Positions 33,916-43,527 of a DNA stretch of 64,000 nt are shown piece after piece. Within the stretch, counting starts at the first letter, position 1; the number at the start of each line of letters is the position of its first letter. The notes beneath the pieces are model-generated. The model did not search any database and was not told where the DNA came from. It saw only the letters and a program-made list of their open reading frames with translations. This stretch comes from Hungateiclostridiaceae bacterium UBA1305 (lineage in GTDB: Bacteria; Bacillota; Clostridia; Acetivibrionales; DTU013): positions 8,432-72,431 of the forward strand of contig DBTX01000021.1 in assembly GCA_002307275.1 (NCBI GenBank). The letters run 5' to 3'. The translations under genes and the position numbers were made by a program.

Positions 33916-35541
33916 TTACGCAAAAAGTTGGTTGATCAATATATCGTAAACTTCGCCCATAGTCTGGATCATTTTTGCCGAGGCATTATAGGCCTGTTGG
34001 AATTTAACAAGGTTTGTCATTTCTTCATCTATAGATACGCCGGAATCAGAAGTCCTCCGGTTTGTGATCTGATTTACAATAACCTCCTCATTGGCCACAT
34101 AATTCTGTGCCTGCTGAGAGTCGATACCCATTGTGGCAATTAATGACTTCATGAAGTCTTCAGGAGCGCCCTCGGAAAACATATCGGCATTTTGCCGGAA
34201 ATCAAGCAAGCTGTTCAGCGTATTGATATTACCATCTTCAAGCGCTGTGTCAGAGGTTGCAATCAGATTGGGATCGTCGATAACATCCGAGCTCACGGAG
34301 AAATTCTTCGCTGTCAGTTTATCATATGCGCCATAAATATCCGTTCCTGTAGATGCTCCGCCAAGAAAGTCCGTACTGGACATCTCCTGATCCCCTGTCC
34401 CCATCATTGTAAAAAAACGGGTTCCGGTTACCGAACTATCATGTCCGTATCCGTCGGCATGTCCTGTGCCGCTGTCCTCCCCGGCATCATAGGATTTATC
34501 TCCATCTGTGTCAATATAGCCTTCATTAAACGCTCTCGCAAAGGTTCTGACAAATTCATTCAGCTTTTCCTGATAAAACGGTATGCCCTTGTAATCAGGA
34601 GATGCTATACCATTAGATCCCGTCTCCCCCTCGTTTCCGTCCCGTACATCAAGGTATCCTTTCAGTTCACCGCCTTTAATTGTAAGCGAATTACCATCTT
34701 CCCATCTGACATTGTACAGATTGCCAATGTCCTCATCGTTTACCTTTTCATCAGAACTCCTCTGATCCAGTGCAAGCTTGCTGACATTGAAATGATCCAC
34801 CAAAGCCTTCCCGCTGATGGTTACAACAAAATGCTTGTCCTCACTGCCGTCAGGCTTCGTTCCATACACAACTTCACTGGCCTCAACATTCACAAGTTTC
34901 GAAAGCTTGTCCACAAGCAGAGTCCTTGAATCCCTGAGGTCATTGGCCGTATTTCCGTCCAACTCGGAGACGTATATCTCCCTGTTCAGCTGTTGGATCT
35001 GGGTAGCATAGGAATTGACCTCATTTACCTTTGTCATGATCTTATAATTAGTATCCTGCTGCAGATTTTCCAAATGCGTGCCCATACTATTGAAGTACTT
35101 TGTCAGCGTTATGCCCTTCTGCTTGACTAATGCTCTGACTGACTCACTGCCCGGATCTTTCGCAAGCTCCTGCATTGAACTGTAAAAGTCACTCATGATT
35201 GTCGTAAAGCCACTGTCAGATGGCTCATTGAAAGCCGTTTCAATTTCCGACATTACCTCTTGCTTTGCATCCCATTCACCATATGGACTGTTTTCACTCC
35301 AATATTTAAAGTCCAGATATTCATCATGTACTCTTTTAACTCCTGTTACATCAGCGCCCGTACCCACCATACCCGTACCGTCATATAAAGCCATAGGCCT
35401 CGAAGCTGCCTGAACAGACTGCTGTCTTGAGTAGCCCGGTGTATTTACATTATTCAGATTATGATTGACCGTATCCAAATTGCGCTGAGCTGTAAAAAGT
35501 CCGCGCACCGCCACATTCAGTCCGAAAAACGACTCACCCAT
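33916..35541 (-). CDS. flgK: Flagellar hook-associated protein FlgK (HAP1), copy A
   Basis: 541-aa ORF. FFGLNVAVRGLFTAQRNLDTVNHNLNNVNTPGYSRQ and the C-terminal GVSIDEEMTNLVKFQQAYNASAKMIQTM are FlgK signatures. Confidence 0.88.
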   Translation of the reverse strand: MGESFFGLNVAVRGLFTAQRNLDTVNHNLNNVNTPGYSRQQSVQAASRPMALYDGTGMVGTGADVTGVKRVHDEYLDFKYWSENSPYGEWDAKQEVMSEIETAFNEPSDSGFTTIMSDFYSSMQELAKDPGSESVRALVKQKGITLTKYFNSMGTHLENLQQDTNYKIMTKVNEVNSYATQIQQLNREIYVSELDGNTANDLRDSRTLLVDKLSKLVNVEASEVVYGTKPDGSEDKHFVVTISGKALVDHFNVSKLALDQRSSDEKVNDEDIGNLYNVRWEDGNSLTIKGGELKGYLDVRDGNEGETGSNGIASPDYKGIPFYQEKLNEFVRTFARAFNEGYIDTDGDKSYDAGEDSGTGHADGYGHDSSVTGTRFFTMMGTGDQEMSSTDFLGGASTGTDIYGAYDKLTAKNFSVSSDVIDDPNLIATSDTALEDGNINTLNSLLDFRQNADMFSEGAPEDFMKSLIATMGIDSQQAQNYVANEEVIVNQITNRRTSDSGVSIDEEMTNLVKFQQAYNASAKMIQTMGEVYDILINQLFA

Positions 35542-35547
35542 TCCTTA

Positions 35548-37506
35548 TCACCTCCCTACAATACCAAGTCTGTTGACTATAGTCTCCATCATGGCATCTA
35601 TTACGTTCAGTGTTCTTGCAGAAGCATTATATGCATATTTGAATTTCATCATATTAGTCATTTCCTCGTCCATTGAAACACCTGTAATTGCAGTCCTGGA
35701 GGCATCTGCCGATTGTACAAGCTTTAACTGGCTATCCGTAATATTGGTCGCATCCGCACCTGTGTTTCCCATATAAAGGATAATAGCCTGATAATAGTCG
35801 TCCAAGCTGAGTGTTCCTGTCGTATCATCAATCAGAGACTCATTCCTGAGGTTAGCAATCTCCAGCGCATTGGCGTTGTCGCCGCTTGAACCCGTTTTTG
35901 AAGCCGCAATATTGCTTAAATCGGATAAATTGGAGTTCAATTGAATATTTCCCATTTCAAGCGGCCTGCCGGAATTGATGGTCACAAACAGATCCTCGCC
36001 CTGCGTGGCCGGATCCTTCATTGTTGTACCGCCTTTGTGAATATAATTCACTTCGCGCAGCATGACATTGACCAATGCATTAAGCCGCTTTTTCATATCC
36101 GTCACAATATTCAACGAATCGGATACGACGGATATATTGTCACTGACGTCCTTGTTGGTATCGTCCGCCATACCTTGCGTCAATGTGGTATAGGTTGAAG
36201 CCGTAGCGCTCGAAAAGTCGGTCAGGCTGTATGTATTGCCATCCATCGCACCGGTCAGCGAAGCCCAGTCACCCGGGATGGTTGCATCGCCTGGGGTATC
36301 TGTAATAACAGAGGCGTCCATGCCTTGATTGGTTAAAGCGGTCTTCAGCGTTTCCATTGCTGTCGCGGAAAGTGTTCCGTTGGTCAGCAGAACGGCATAT
36401 TTATTGGCATCCGCCCGCAGTCCGGCGGTGGAGCCGACAGCGGCAGCCATACCTGCGGCGGATGTGGCTGTCTGTATCGTCACATTGCAGTCGATTCCCT
36501 TTTTCAAAAGCTCATTTGTATATTCATTACTCCTTGTTGTCACATCCGCTTCGGACATCGTAGAGGTATCCACATAAAATACCACATCAGCCGTTGTATT
36601 CGGCGTACCGTTCTCATAGCTGCCGACAGCGCCTGAGACCTCGCCTCTGGCCTCCATCAGTCCCTTGATGGTTCCGCTTTTAATCGGGACTTCAATGTCT
36701 GTTCCCGCTAGCTTGGCTACATAGTAAATTTCACCGGCATTTTTTTCTTCAGCATATAAATCGGTACTCTCAGCCTTCTGCACTAAATAATAACCGCCCA
36801 GCGTTACATCAACCTGGCCGTCCTGCATCTCGTTAACATCTACATCTACCAGCTTTGTCAGATTGTCCAGCAGTAAATTCCGCTGATCCCGGTAGTCGTT
36901 TGCCGAATCACCGTTCACCTCGGACTTGAGAATGGTAGAATTGAGATCCGCTACCTGCCTTGTAATGTCATTCACTTCATTAATACGTACCTGTACTTCA
37001 GAGTTCAAGTCATCCTGAAGCTGATCAAGCTGAGTTCCCATCTGGTTGAGCTTGGAGACCAGCGATTCGCTTCGCTGCCTTACAAGTGCTCTTACCGTCA
37101 GGCTGTCCGGTTCCTTTGCAAGCTCCTGCCAGGAATCCCAAAACTGATTCAGGACACTCTGAAGGCCTGAATCTTCAAACGGCTCAGCCATGACAGCCTC
37201 CACATCCTGAACCGTCTTCTGTCTGGATTCCCAATATCCCAACGTCGTATTCTCCTGCCTGTATACATTGTCAAGGAAGGTGTGCCGGATTTGCCGTATA
37301 TCCTGTATATCAGCACCCAAGCCAAGCTGAATCATCCCACCCTTGGTATAGGTAGTCTGTACTGAGGCATTCTTTATCATTGCCTGCTGACGAACATAGC
37401 CAGCCGTATTTACATTTGATATATTGTGTCCTGTTACATTAAGCCCGCGTTCATTGACAACAAGTCCCGAGCGGGCTACCTGGTAACTGGCAAAGCTGAC
37501 GCCCAT
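35548..37506 (-). CDS. flgK: Flagellar hook-associated protein FlgK (HAP1), copy B (longer paralogue)
   Basis: 652-aa ORF. FASYQVARSGLVVNERGLNVTGHNISNVNTAGYVRQ and the C-terminal GVSMDEEMTNMMKFKYAYNASARTLNVID are present. The central domain is larger than in copy A. Confidence 0.85.
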   Translation of the reverse strand: MGVSFASYQVARSGLVVNERGLNVTGHNISNVNTAGYVRQQAMIKNASVQTTYTKGGMIQLGLGADIQDIRQIRHTFLDNVYRQENTTLGYWESRQKTVQDVEAVMAEPFEDSGLQSVLNQFWDSWQELAKEPDSLTVRALVRQRSESLVSKLNQMGTQLDQLQDDLNSEVQVRINEVNDITRQVADLNSTILKSEVNGDSANDYRDQRNLLLDNLTKLVDVDVNEMQDGQVDVTLGGYYLVQKAESTDLYAEEKNAGEIYYVAKLAGTDIEVPIKSGTIKGLMEARGEVSGAVGSYENGTPNTTADVVFYVDTSTMSEADVTTRSNEYTNELLKKGIDCNVTIQTATSAAGMAAAVGSTAGLRADANKYAVLLTNGTLSATAMETLKTALTNQGMDASVITDTPGDATIPGDWASLTGAMDGNTYSLTDFSSATASTYTTLTQGMADDTNKDVSDNISVVSDSLNIVTDMKKRLNALVNVMLREVNYIHKGGTTMKDPATQGEDLFVTINSGRPLEMGNIQLNSNLSDLSNIAASKTGSSGDNANALEIANLRNESLIDDTTGTLSLDDYYQAIILYMGNTGADATNITDSQLKLVQSADASRTAITGVSMDEEMTNMMKFKYAYNASARTLNVIDAMMETIVNRLGIVGR

Positions 37507-37515
37507 ACGCCCTCC

Positions 37516-38016
37516 CTACAGCTTCATGTCGAAAAAGTTCTTCTTCTTTAAATCGCTTGACTGGCCGGTGTACCCATAATTATTACCGGTGGCTCCGATG
37601 CTAGTAAGAATATTAATAGAAAAATCTATATACTCCAGAGAATTCCGGATAAGCTTCGAGTTCAATACGTTGGCCTCCCCCAGATCCTTGACAAGCTTGG
37701 GCAGCTTATTATGACAATCTCTCAGCCTTTCAGCCTGTTCCTTCGGGAGCAGCTTCTCAAGACCGGTAAGTGTAATATCAGATGCTTTCAGTTTAAGTGC
37801 TGCAGCTATTGCATCCACCAGATTTTCACGCTCCCGTTCAAGCTTGCCCATCTGTAGAATCAGCGACTGCTCAAGCCTGGTGATGCTCTCAAGTTCAATA
37901 ACCTTACCCTTTACAATTACATCCGTTTTATTTTTGGAAAGCTTCAAGATGCCTTCATACATGGCAGTCTCTTTATTCAGTACATCGATCAGTCCATCTA
38001 TCAGTATAGTATCCAA
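37516..38016 (-). CDS. flgN: Flagellar chaperone FlgN
   Basis: 166-aa helical ORF. LIDVLNKETAMYEGILKLSKNKTDVIV...LEQSLILQMGKLERERENLV is FlgN-like. Its position between flgM and flgK matches B. subtilis yvyG. Confidence 0.75.
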   Translation of the reverse strand: MDTILIDGLIDVLNKETAMYEGILKLSKNKTDVIVKGKVIELESITRLEQSLILQMGKLERERENLVDAIAAALKLKASDITLTGLEKLLPKEQAERLRDCHNKLPKLVKDLGEANVLNSKLIRNSLEYIDFSINILTSIGATGNNYGYTGQSSDLKKKNFFDMKL

Positions 38017-38041
38017 AGCTTCACCGCCCTCACAGTCTGAG

Positions 38042-38068
38042 AAAAAAGGAGAGTTGCGTCAACTCCCC
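38042..38068 (-). terminator. Intrinsic terminator/attenuator between flgM and flgN
   Basis: The minus strand reads GGGGAGTTG-ACG-CAACTCTCC (9-bp stem, 1 mismatch) followed by TTTTTT. Confidence 0.65.
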
Positions 38069-38076
38069 CAAGGTTG

Positions 38077-38364
38077 CTATGCTTTCTTGTCAAATACGGC
38101 ATTTACTACTTTGTCCGCAACTTCCCTGCCTGTTACATTGTAACTGCCTGTTTCAAATTTCTCCGAAAGCTCGGTCACCTTGCTCTCGCGAACATCGGGC
38201 ACATCCTTCAATGCTTTATATACTGTCTGATAGTCCTTTGCCTCATTTGAGATTGACAAAACATCTTTTTTGGCTGCTGTTGCCTCCGTTTTGCCAACTC
38301 TCGCTGTATTCTTTTGTGTTCCGTAAATTCCGGATACCTTGGATAAATCATCCGGTATTCTCAT
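38077..38364 (-). CDS. flgM: Anti-sigma-28 factor FlgM
   Basis: The ATG at 38364 lies 8 nt after AAGGTGAG. The C-terminal VRESKVTELSEKFETGSYNVTGREVADKVVN is the FlgM sigma-binding region. Confidence 0.8.
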   Translation of the reverse strand: MRIPDDLSKVSGIYGTQKNTARVGKTEATAAKKDVLSISNEAKDYQTVYKALKDVPDVRESKVTELSEKFETGSYNVTGREVADKVVNAVFDKKA

Positions 38365-38445
38365 ATTAACCACTCACCTTCTATAGATAATGCAAAAGGG
38401 TTTTGCGCTTATCTTTCCTTACTCACCTAAAAACTGTTCAATATT

Positions 38446-38474
38446 ATTATCGGTAATAGCTGCATTCTTATTAA
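38446..38474 (-). promoter_or_regulatory. Possible sigma-28-type promoter of the flgM operon
   Basis: The minus strand reads TTAA-N17-CCGATAAT, with the -10 at 38446-38453. The spacing is one nt longer than the SigD consensus. Confidence 0.45.
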
Positions 38475-38626
38475 CAAATAAAAATGCGAATTTATTATTT
38501 TTCGTAAACGTTCATATCATACTAAATTATATTATGTTATATTTTAAGCAACTATAAACTTCTAGTGAAAAAGAGGGTTAGGGATATCTTCTTATTCTAA
38601 TTGTTTTTATCTACGATAAAATAGTA

Positions 38627-38655
38627 TTGATTTTTATCGTTATAGTCGATATATT
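38627..38655 (+). promoter_or_regulatory. Possible sigma-A promoter of the plus-strand sugar-modification island
   Basis: TTGATT (38627-38632), a 17-nt spacer, then TATATT (38650-38655), about 60 nt upstream of the rfbF-like start. Confidence 0.4.
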
Positions 38656-38713
38656 TATTGTTGGCAAAGATGGTTAATTTACTTTCTATTATATTTATGT
38701 GTCGAGGTAGTTT

Positions 38714-39493
38714 ATGAAAGTTGTCATTTTAGCCGGTGGGTTTGGTACAAGAATCAGTGAGGAAAGTCATTTAAAACCGAAACCTATGATAGAAATCGGG
38801 GGGGCTCCAATTCTGTGGCATATCATGAAATATTTTGCAGCCTTTGGCTTCAGCGAGTTTATTATATGCTGCGGATACAAAGGATACCTCATAAAGGAAT
38901 ATTTTGCAGACTACTATCTGCACAGGTCGGATATCACCTTTGACTTTGCCAACAATAACGATATTATCATCCACAGCAATGTCGCCGAGCCTTGGAAGGT
39001 TACTGTAGTGGACACTGGGCTGAATACACAAACAGGAGGACGCATTAAGAAAATTCAAAAGTTCACCAACAGCGAGGCTTTTCTGATGACCTACGGCGAC
39101 GGAGTGAGCAATATTGATCTGTCCGAGTTAATCAAGAGACATAAAAAGTCGGGAAATGTCGTGACCCTATCGGCCATACAACCCAGCGGGCGTTTCGGAG
39201 TGCTGGATATCACCGGCGATGAAACGGTGGTTGGTTTCAGGGAGAAGGCAAAGGAAGATAGCGGATGGGTCAATGGCGGGTTTATGGTGATGGAGCCAAA
39301 GATATTTGATTACATCGACGGTGATGCAACCGTTCTGGAAAGAACTCCTCTCAAACGGTTAAGCAGTGAAGGGAAATTGGGGGTTTATAAGCATTACGGG
39401 TTCTGGCAGTGTATGGACACCCAGAGAGATAAGGATCTTTTGGAATATCTTTGGGACAATAGTAAAGCCTTATGGAAAGTGTGGAGCGATTGA
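38714..39493 (+). CDS. rfbF: Glucose-1-phosphate cytidylyltransferase
   Basis: 259-aa ORF. MKVVILAGGFGTRISEESHLKPKPMIEIGGAPILWHIMK and GFWQCMDTQRDK are highly characteristic of RfbF/DdhA. Confidence 0.9.
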   Translation: MKVVILAGGFGTRISEESHLKPKPMIEIGGAPILWHIMKYFAAFGFSEFIICCGYKGYLIKEYFADYYLHRSDITFDFANNNDIIIHSNVAEPWKVTVVDTGLNTQTGGRIKKIQKFTNSEAFLMTYGDGVSNIDLSELIKRHKKSGNVVTLSAIQPSGRFGVLDITGDETVVGFREKAKEDSGWVNGGFMVMEPKIFDYIDGDATVLERTPLKRLSSEGKLGVYKHYGFWQCMDTQRDKDLLEYLWDNSKALWKVWSD

Positions 39494-39495
39494 GT

Positions 39496-40617
39496 ATGAA
39501 AAGCTTTAAGCAGAAATTTGGAGAAATAAAAACGCAGTACTATAAAAATAATCCTTTTAATGCAATTGTGGAGAAGAAAGAGCTTTTTAGCCAGAAGCCG
39601 CTTATTCTTTACGGTTGTGGCGTATATCTCAGCACAATAATATTTTTATGCAACGAATACGGAATTAAAATAAATGCCATTTGTGATTCTTATAAGACAG
39701 GCATCTACGGTGATACAGGTATGGAGATCATTTCCCCGGAGCGGCTTAAGAAAGAGTTCCAAGGCGCGAACATTATTATCTCTTCAAACATGTTCACCGA
39801 TGAAATAAAAAAAAAGCTTTTATTCCTAGGTTTTCCCAACGCGCAGATTTTTTTACCCGCAACATCAAAGGTAAGTTTTGTGCATCCACAAGAATTTATT
39901 GGTAAACATCTTGAAGGTTATGAATGGGCACACCACTTCTTTACTGATGATAATTCAAAAAAGGTCCTGCTGGACAGGATAAAAATGTATTTTACCGGCA
40001 TTGAATTAATCAGAACCTCTGCTGCCCCAGAGTATTTTGATCCGGAAATCATAAAATTTCATTCGAATGAGGTATTTATTGACGGCGGAGGTTACATCGG
40101 AGATACAGTGCAAGAGTTCATAAGACAGTTAAGCTTAAAAAATGCAGGAGGATATAGGCACATATATTCCTTTGAACCTGATAGAGTGGCTTATAACAAG
40201 GCATTTAGTAGCTTAGGTAAAATTGAGAATATGGATTTGATTTGCAAAGGTCTATGGAGCTGCGATACTGAGTTGAAGTTTTATAGCGACGGTGGTAATG
40301 GCAGCTCCACCTTTGCGAACAGAGTAAATACTATTTCTGTTCCGGTCATATCCCTGGACAGCTATTTTAAAGGTAAACCGAAAGAAGAGTTGCCGACATT
40401 TATTAAAATGGATATCGAAGGAGCAGAAAAAGAAGCACTCACAGGAGCGAAAAACATAATAATGGAAAATCATCCCAAATTGGCTATCTGTACATATCAT
40501 AAGCCGGAAGATATATATGAATTACCGAAACTCATATATGAAATAGATCCAACCTATCAATTTACCCTTCATCAATGTGAGGATGGGATATATGGTACAA
40601 TATTATATGCTGTTTAA
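39496..40617 (+). CDS. FkbM-family methyltransferase with an N-terminal Rossmann-like module
   Basis: The ATG at 39496 immediately follows the rfbF stop. VFIDGGGYIGDT...FEPD...FIKMDIEGAEKEAL...PKLAICTYH is the FkbM core. The N-terminus LILYGCGVYLSTII...ICDSYK forms the extra module. Confidence 0.8.
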   Translation: MKSFKQKFGEIKTQYYKNNPFNAIVEKKELFSQKPLILYGCGVYLSTIIFLCNEYGIKINAICDSYKTGIYGDTGMEIISPERLKKEFQGANIIISSNMFTDEIKKKLLFLGFPNAQIFLPATSKVSFVHPQEFIGKHLEGYEWAHHFFTDDNSKKVLLDRIKMYFTGIELIRTSAAPEYFDPEIIKFHSNEVFIDGGGYIGDTVQEFIRQLSLKNAGGYRHIYSFEPDRVAYNKAFSSLGKIENMDLICKGLWSCDTELKFYSDGGNGSSTFANRVNTISVPVISLDSYFKGKPKEELPTFIKMDIEGAEKEALTGAKNIIMENHPKLAICTYHKPEDIYELPKLIYEIDPTYQFTLHQCEDGIYGTILYAV

Positions 40618-40635
40618 CATGGGGGTAAGTGAAGT

Positions 40636-41601
40636 ATGACACCAATAATCAGTGTAATTATGCTCACATATAACCGTGAGAAGCTTGTCGGAAGGGCGAT
40701 TGAATCAATTATTGCTCAGGCCATGTGTGATTTTGAATTTATTATTGTAGATAATGGGTCAACAGATAATAGCGGGAAAATTGCAGACGAATATGCCGCT
40801 AAAGATTTTAGAATCCATGTCCTCCACCGTCAACAAGGGAATATCGGGAGTGGGCGCAATGTCGGCATCAATGCAGCCAAAGGTAAATATTTGACCTTCA
40901 TAGACGATGATGACTATGCTGAAACAGATTTTTTAGGTTTTTTATATGAGCTTGCAACGAAGTACAATGCGGATATTGCCGTATGCGGCTCAAACAAAGA
41001 GGAAAACGGCAAAATTACGCCCAATTATATCTATGACTACGATGAGCTCTTTATACTGAATACACATGAGGCTATAAAATCTTTTTTGTGGAGAAAGCTT
41101 TACAATGCCGCCATGCCCACAAAGTTGGTCAGACAGGAGTTGTTTCAAAAGATACGTTTCTCTGAAACAGGCAATTATGATGATATTACTACAACTTATC
41201 GCTATTTTGCAAATGCCGGGAAAGTAGTTGCCCACGGCATTCCCAAATATACATTTTACCGCCACCCTGAAAACAACTCCAGCGCAGCCACAAAACATCA
41301 TTTGCTTAACCCTGTTCAGCTTCATGAATACCTGGCGGCCTATCGTGAGAGAACCGAATATATAAGCACGATACTGCCGCAATTGACTGGTTTAGCTCTT
41401 TACAGCGAATGGTCCTATATGATTTCTATGATTGAAAAAATCCATCGCTTTGGGTTAAAAAATTGTGACCAGCCTTTGGAGCTTATGAAAAGCGAATTGA
41501 AAATACATCGAAAGGCATTTTATAACGGGGAATTCATACTGGATTTTGAAAAGGAATGGATGTCGCAGTATGTGACGGAAAAGGAGGAAGGCTTGACATG
41601 A
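40636..41601 (+). CDS. Family-2 glycosyltransferase
   Basis: 321-aa ORF. ISVIMLTYNREKLVGRAIESIIAQ...FIIVDNGSTDNS...FIDDDDY is the GT2 signature. Confidence 0.85.
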   Translation: MTPIISVIMLTYNREKLVGRAIESIIAQAMCDFEFIIVDNGSTDNSGKIADEYAAKDFRIHVLHRQQGNIGSGRNVGINAAKGKYLTFIDDDDYAETDFLGFLYELATKYNADIAVCGSNKEENGKITPNYIYDYDELFILNTHEAIKSFLWRKLYNAAMPTKLVRQELFQKIRFSETGNYDDITTTYRYFANAGKVVAHGIPKYTFYRHPENNSSAATKHHLLNPVQLHEYLAAYRERTEYISTILPQLTGLALYSEWSYMISMIEKIHRFGLKNCDQPLELMKSELKIHRKAFYNGEFILDFEKEWMSQYVTEKEEGLT

Positions 41602-43526
41602 ACGCTGTATCGCTTGAGAGATTCTGTTTCCCGGTGACGCTGCGGTGTAACTTGCATTGTAAGCTGTGCGCGGAGCGTTCGCCGTATTATGAGAAGCCTT
41701 ACCACCCCTCTTTTGATGATCTGACAGCACAAATTGATGTCCTGTTTTCGTTGACAGAGCATATAGGTAATTTGGACATAACAGGCGGAGAACCCTTTTT
41801 ACGCAAGGATTTGTCCTATTTTATCCGCTATATTTTTGACAAACACCGGGACAAAATTGACAAACTCAGAGTCACCACAAACGGAACCATATTGCCAACC
41901 GATGAGTTCATCATTGCGGCAAAACTGTGGGGGGATGCGTTTTTTGCCATAGTTGACAATTACCCTGTGTCCACAAAGAGCAGGGACGTCAGCAAGCTGC
42001 TCAAAGAATCGGGAGTACCCTTTGAACTTCGCGATTATTCCGGTGATTTATATTGTGACGGCTGGGTGGATTACGGCAATTTACGCCGCAAGCATTCCAA
42101 TGCAGAGGCTCGAAAGCAGTTTCATAAATGTATGGTTCCGAAGCTGGGCTTTTTCAGCTGTATGGTGAATGGCCTGATTTTCCCTTGTGCTAAAGCGAGG
42201 CTGCTTTACGAAAAGGGTCTTGCTGACGTATATATGAATGCTTTTGACCCTGAACTGACCGAAACGGGTAAGAAAGCGAGATTAAAAGCTTTGCTGGGCG
42301 ACGAGGTGATGGAAGCCTGCAAATATTGTAACGGTTTATGTGAGGACAGCCTTCGTTTTACTCCGGCGGAACAGCTGGATGCACGTGAGATACCCGCCGA
42401 GTCTTCTTATGAAGAGGGTAGTTACAAAAAAATGCTGTTCTATACACAGACATATAATAACGAAAATACAATCGCCCGTACTATTGAAAGCGTCTTAAAA
42501 CAGACGCGGAAGGATGATTTCCTTTATTTTGTCGTAAATAACGGCTCCACCGACAAGACAGGAAACATCATTGCTGATTTTGCCAACTCCGATCCTCGTA
42601 TAGTATCCGTAGTGTGTGAACGCAACGATATATTGGGTGTGCTGTTGCTGCCGAATAATCTGTTCAAAATGGTTTTAAAAGATAAAAACGTATACTACAG
42701 TATCGTTGATGGAGACGATTTAATTAAAGAAAGTTTTTTGGATAATGTGCTGAGAATTGAAGAGAAGTTTTCTCCCGATATGATAGTTCCAGGTTTCCGC
42801 AGAATTGATGCTGCGTCAGGTGAAATTATAAACGAACGGGTGGCGAAAACAGATTTACTTATCATCGGCCGAGAAAAAGCAGATAGCTTTTATGAATTAA
42901 GGGCATTACTCCTATGTCAATGGGGCAAGTGTTATAAATTAAATTTTTTACGCAGCCAAGCAAGTAACATTTACGCAAATATACGGAGACTACTCCCCAA
43001 ATGGTACCCCGGACAAGATACCATCGGAGTGCTAAATCGTTTTTTTCTCTTTGATAAAGTTGTCTTTACCAAAGAAGCACTATACGACTACTACCTCTAT
43101 CCCCAATCGGCAGTCAATACATATTATCCAAATCGCTATTTAGCGGACGTGTTGACGTTAAAGGTATACAAGGATTTTCTCGGCTATTTCGGTCCTATCA
43201 GCAAGCTAAACAGGGATTTTTGTTATGCAATATACCTGTCACTCCTTGAGTATACATTGAGCATTGTAGTCAATTCACCGGAAGCCGACCACAAACAGAA
43301 GCTGGAGGATATCTACAATATGCTTCGGGACAATGAAACCAAAACCATGCTGACCCTTGACGCGGATCCTGAATTTCACAACTTAGCCAACAGAGGCTCC
43401 TTTATTGCGCCTATTCTCAAATATATGAGAGGACAATCATTAAGGGATGAAACCCATGTGTTGTCAGATGAGGTAATGGCAGAGTTGGTGCAATATAAAC
43501 ATTTAGTAACAAATTGGGAGGATTAA
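41598..43526 (+). CDS. Fusion protein: radical-SAM (SPASM-like Cys-rich extension) N-terminal half plus family-2 glycosyltransferase C-terminal half
   Basis: The ATG at 41598 follows GGAGGAAGG. CNLHCKLC is a CxxxCxxC cluster motif, and a later Cys-rich block ACKYCNGLCED follows. From about residue 290 onward, the sequence YTQTYNNENTIARTIESVLKQT...VVNNGSTDKT...IVDGDD is GT2. Confidence 0.72.
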   Translation: MNAVSLERFCFPVTLRCNLHCKLCAERSPYYEKPYHPSFDDLTAQIDVLFSLTEHIGNLDITGGEPFLRKDLSYFIRYIFDKHRDKIDKLRVTTNGTILPTDEFIIAAKLWGDAFFAIVDNYPVSTKSRDVSKLLKESGVPFELRDYSGDLYCDGWVDYGNLRRKHSNAEARKQFHKCMVPKLGFFSCMVNGLIFPCAKARLLYEKGLADVYMNAFDPELTETGKKARLKALLGDEVMEACKYCNGLCEDSLRFTPAEQLDAREIPAESSYEEGSYKKMLFYTQTYNNENTIARTIESVLKQTRKDDFLYFVVNNGSTDKTGNIIADFANSDPRIVSVVCERNDILGVLLLPNNLFKMVLKDKNVYYSIVDGDDLIKESFLDNVLRIEEKFSPDMIVPGFRRIDAASGEIINERVAKTDLLIIGREKADSFYELRALLLCQWGKCYKLNFLRSQASNIYANIRRLLPKWYPGQDTIGVLNRFFLFDKVVFTKEALYDYYLYPQSAVNTYYPNRYLADVLTLKVYKDFLGYFGPISKLNRDFCYAIYLSLLEYTLSIVVNSPEADHKQKLEDIYNMLRDNETKTMLTLDADPEFHNLANRGSFIAPILKYMRGQSLRDETHVLSDEVMAELVQYKHLVTNWED

Positions 43527-43527
43527 A

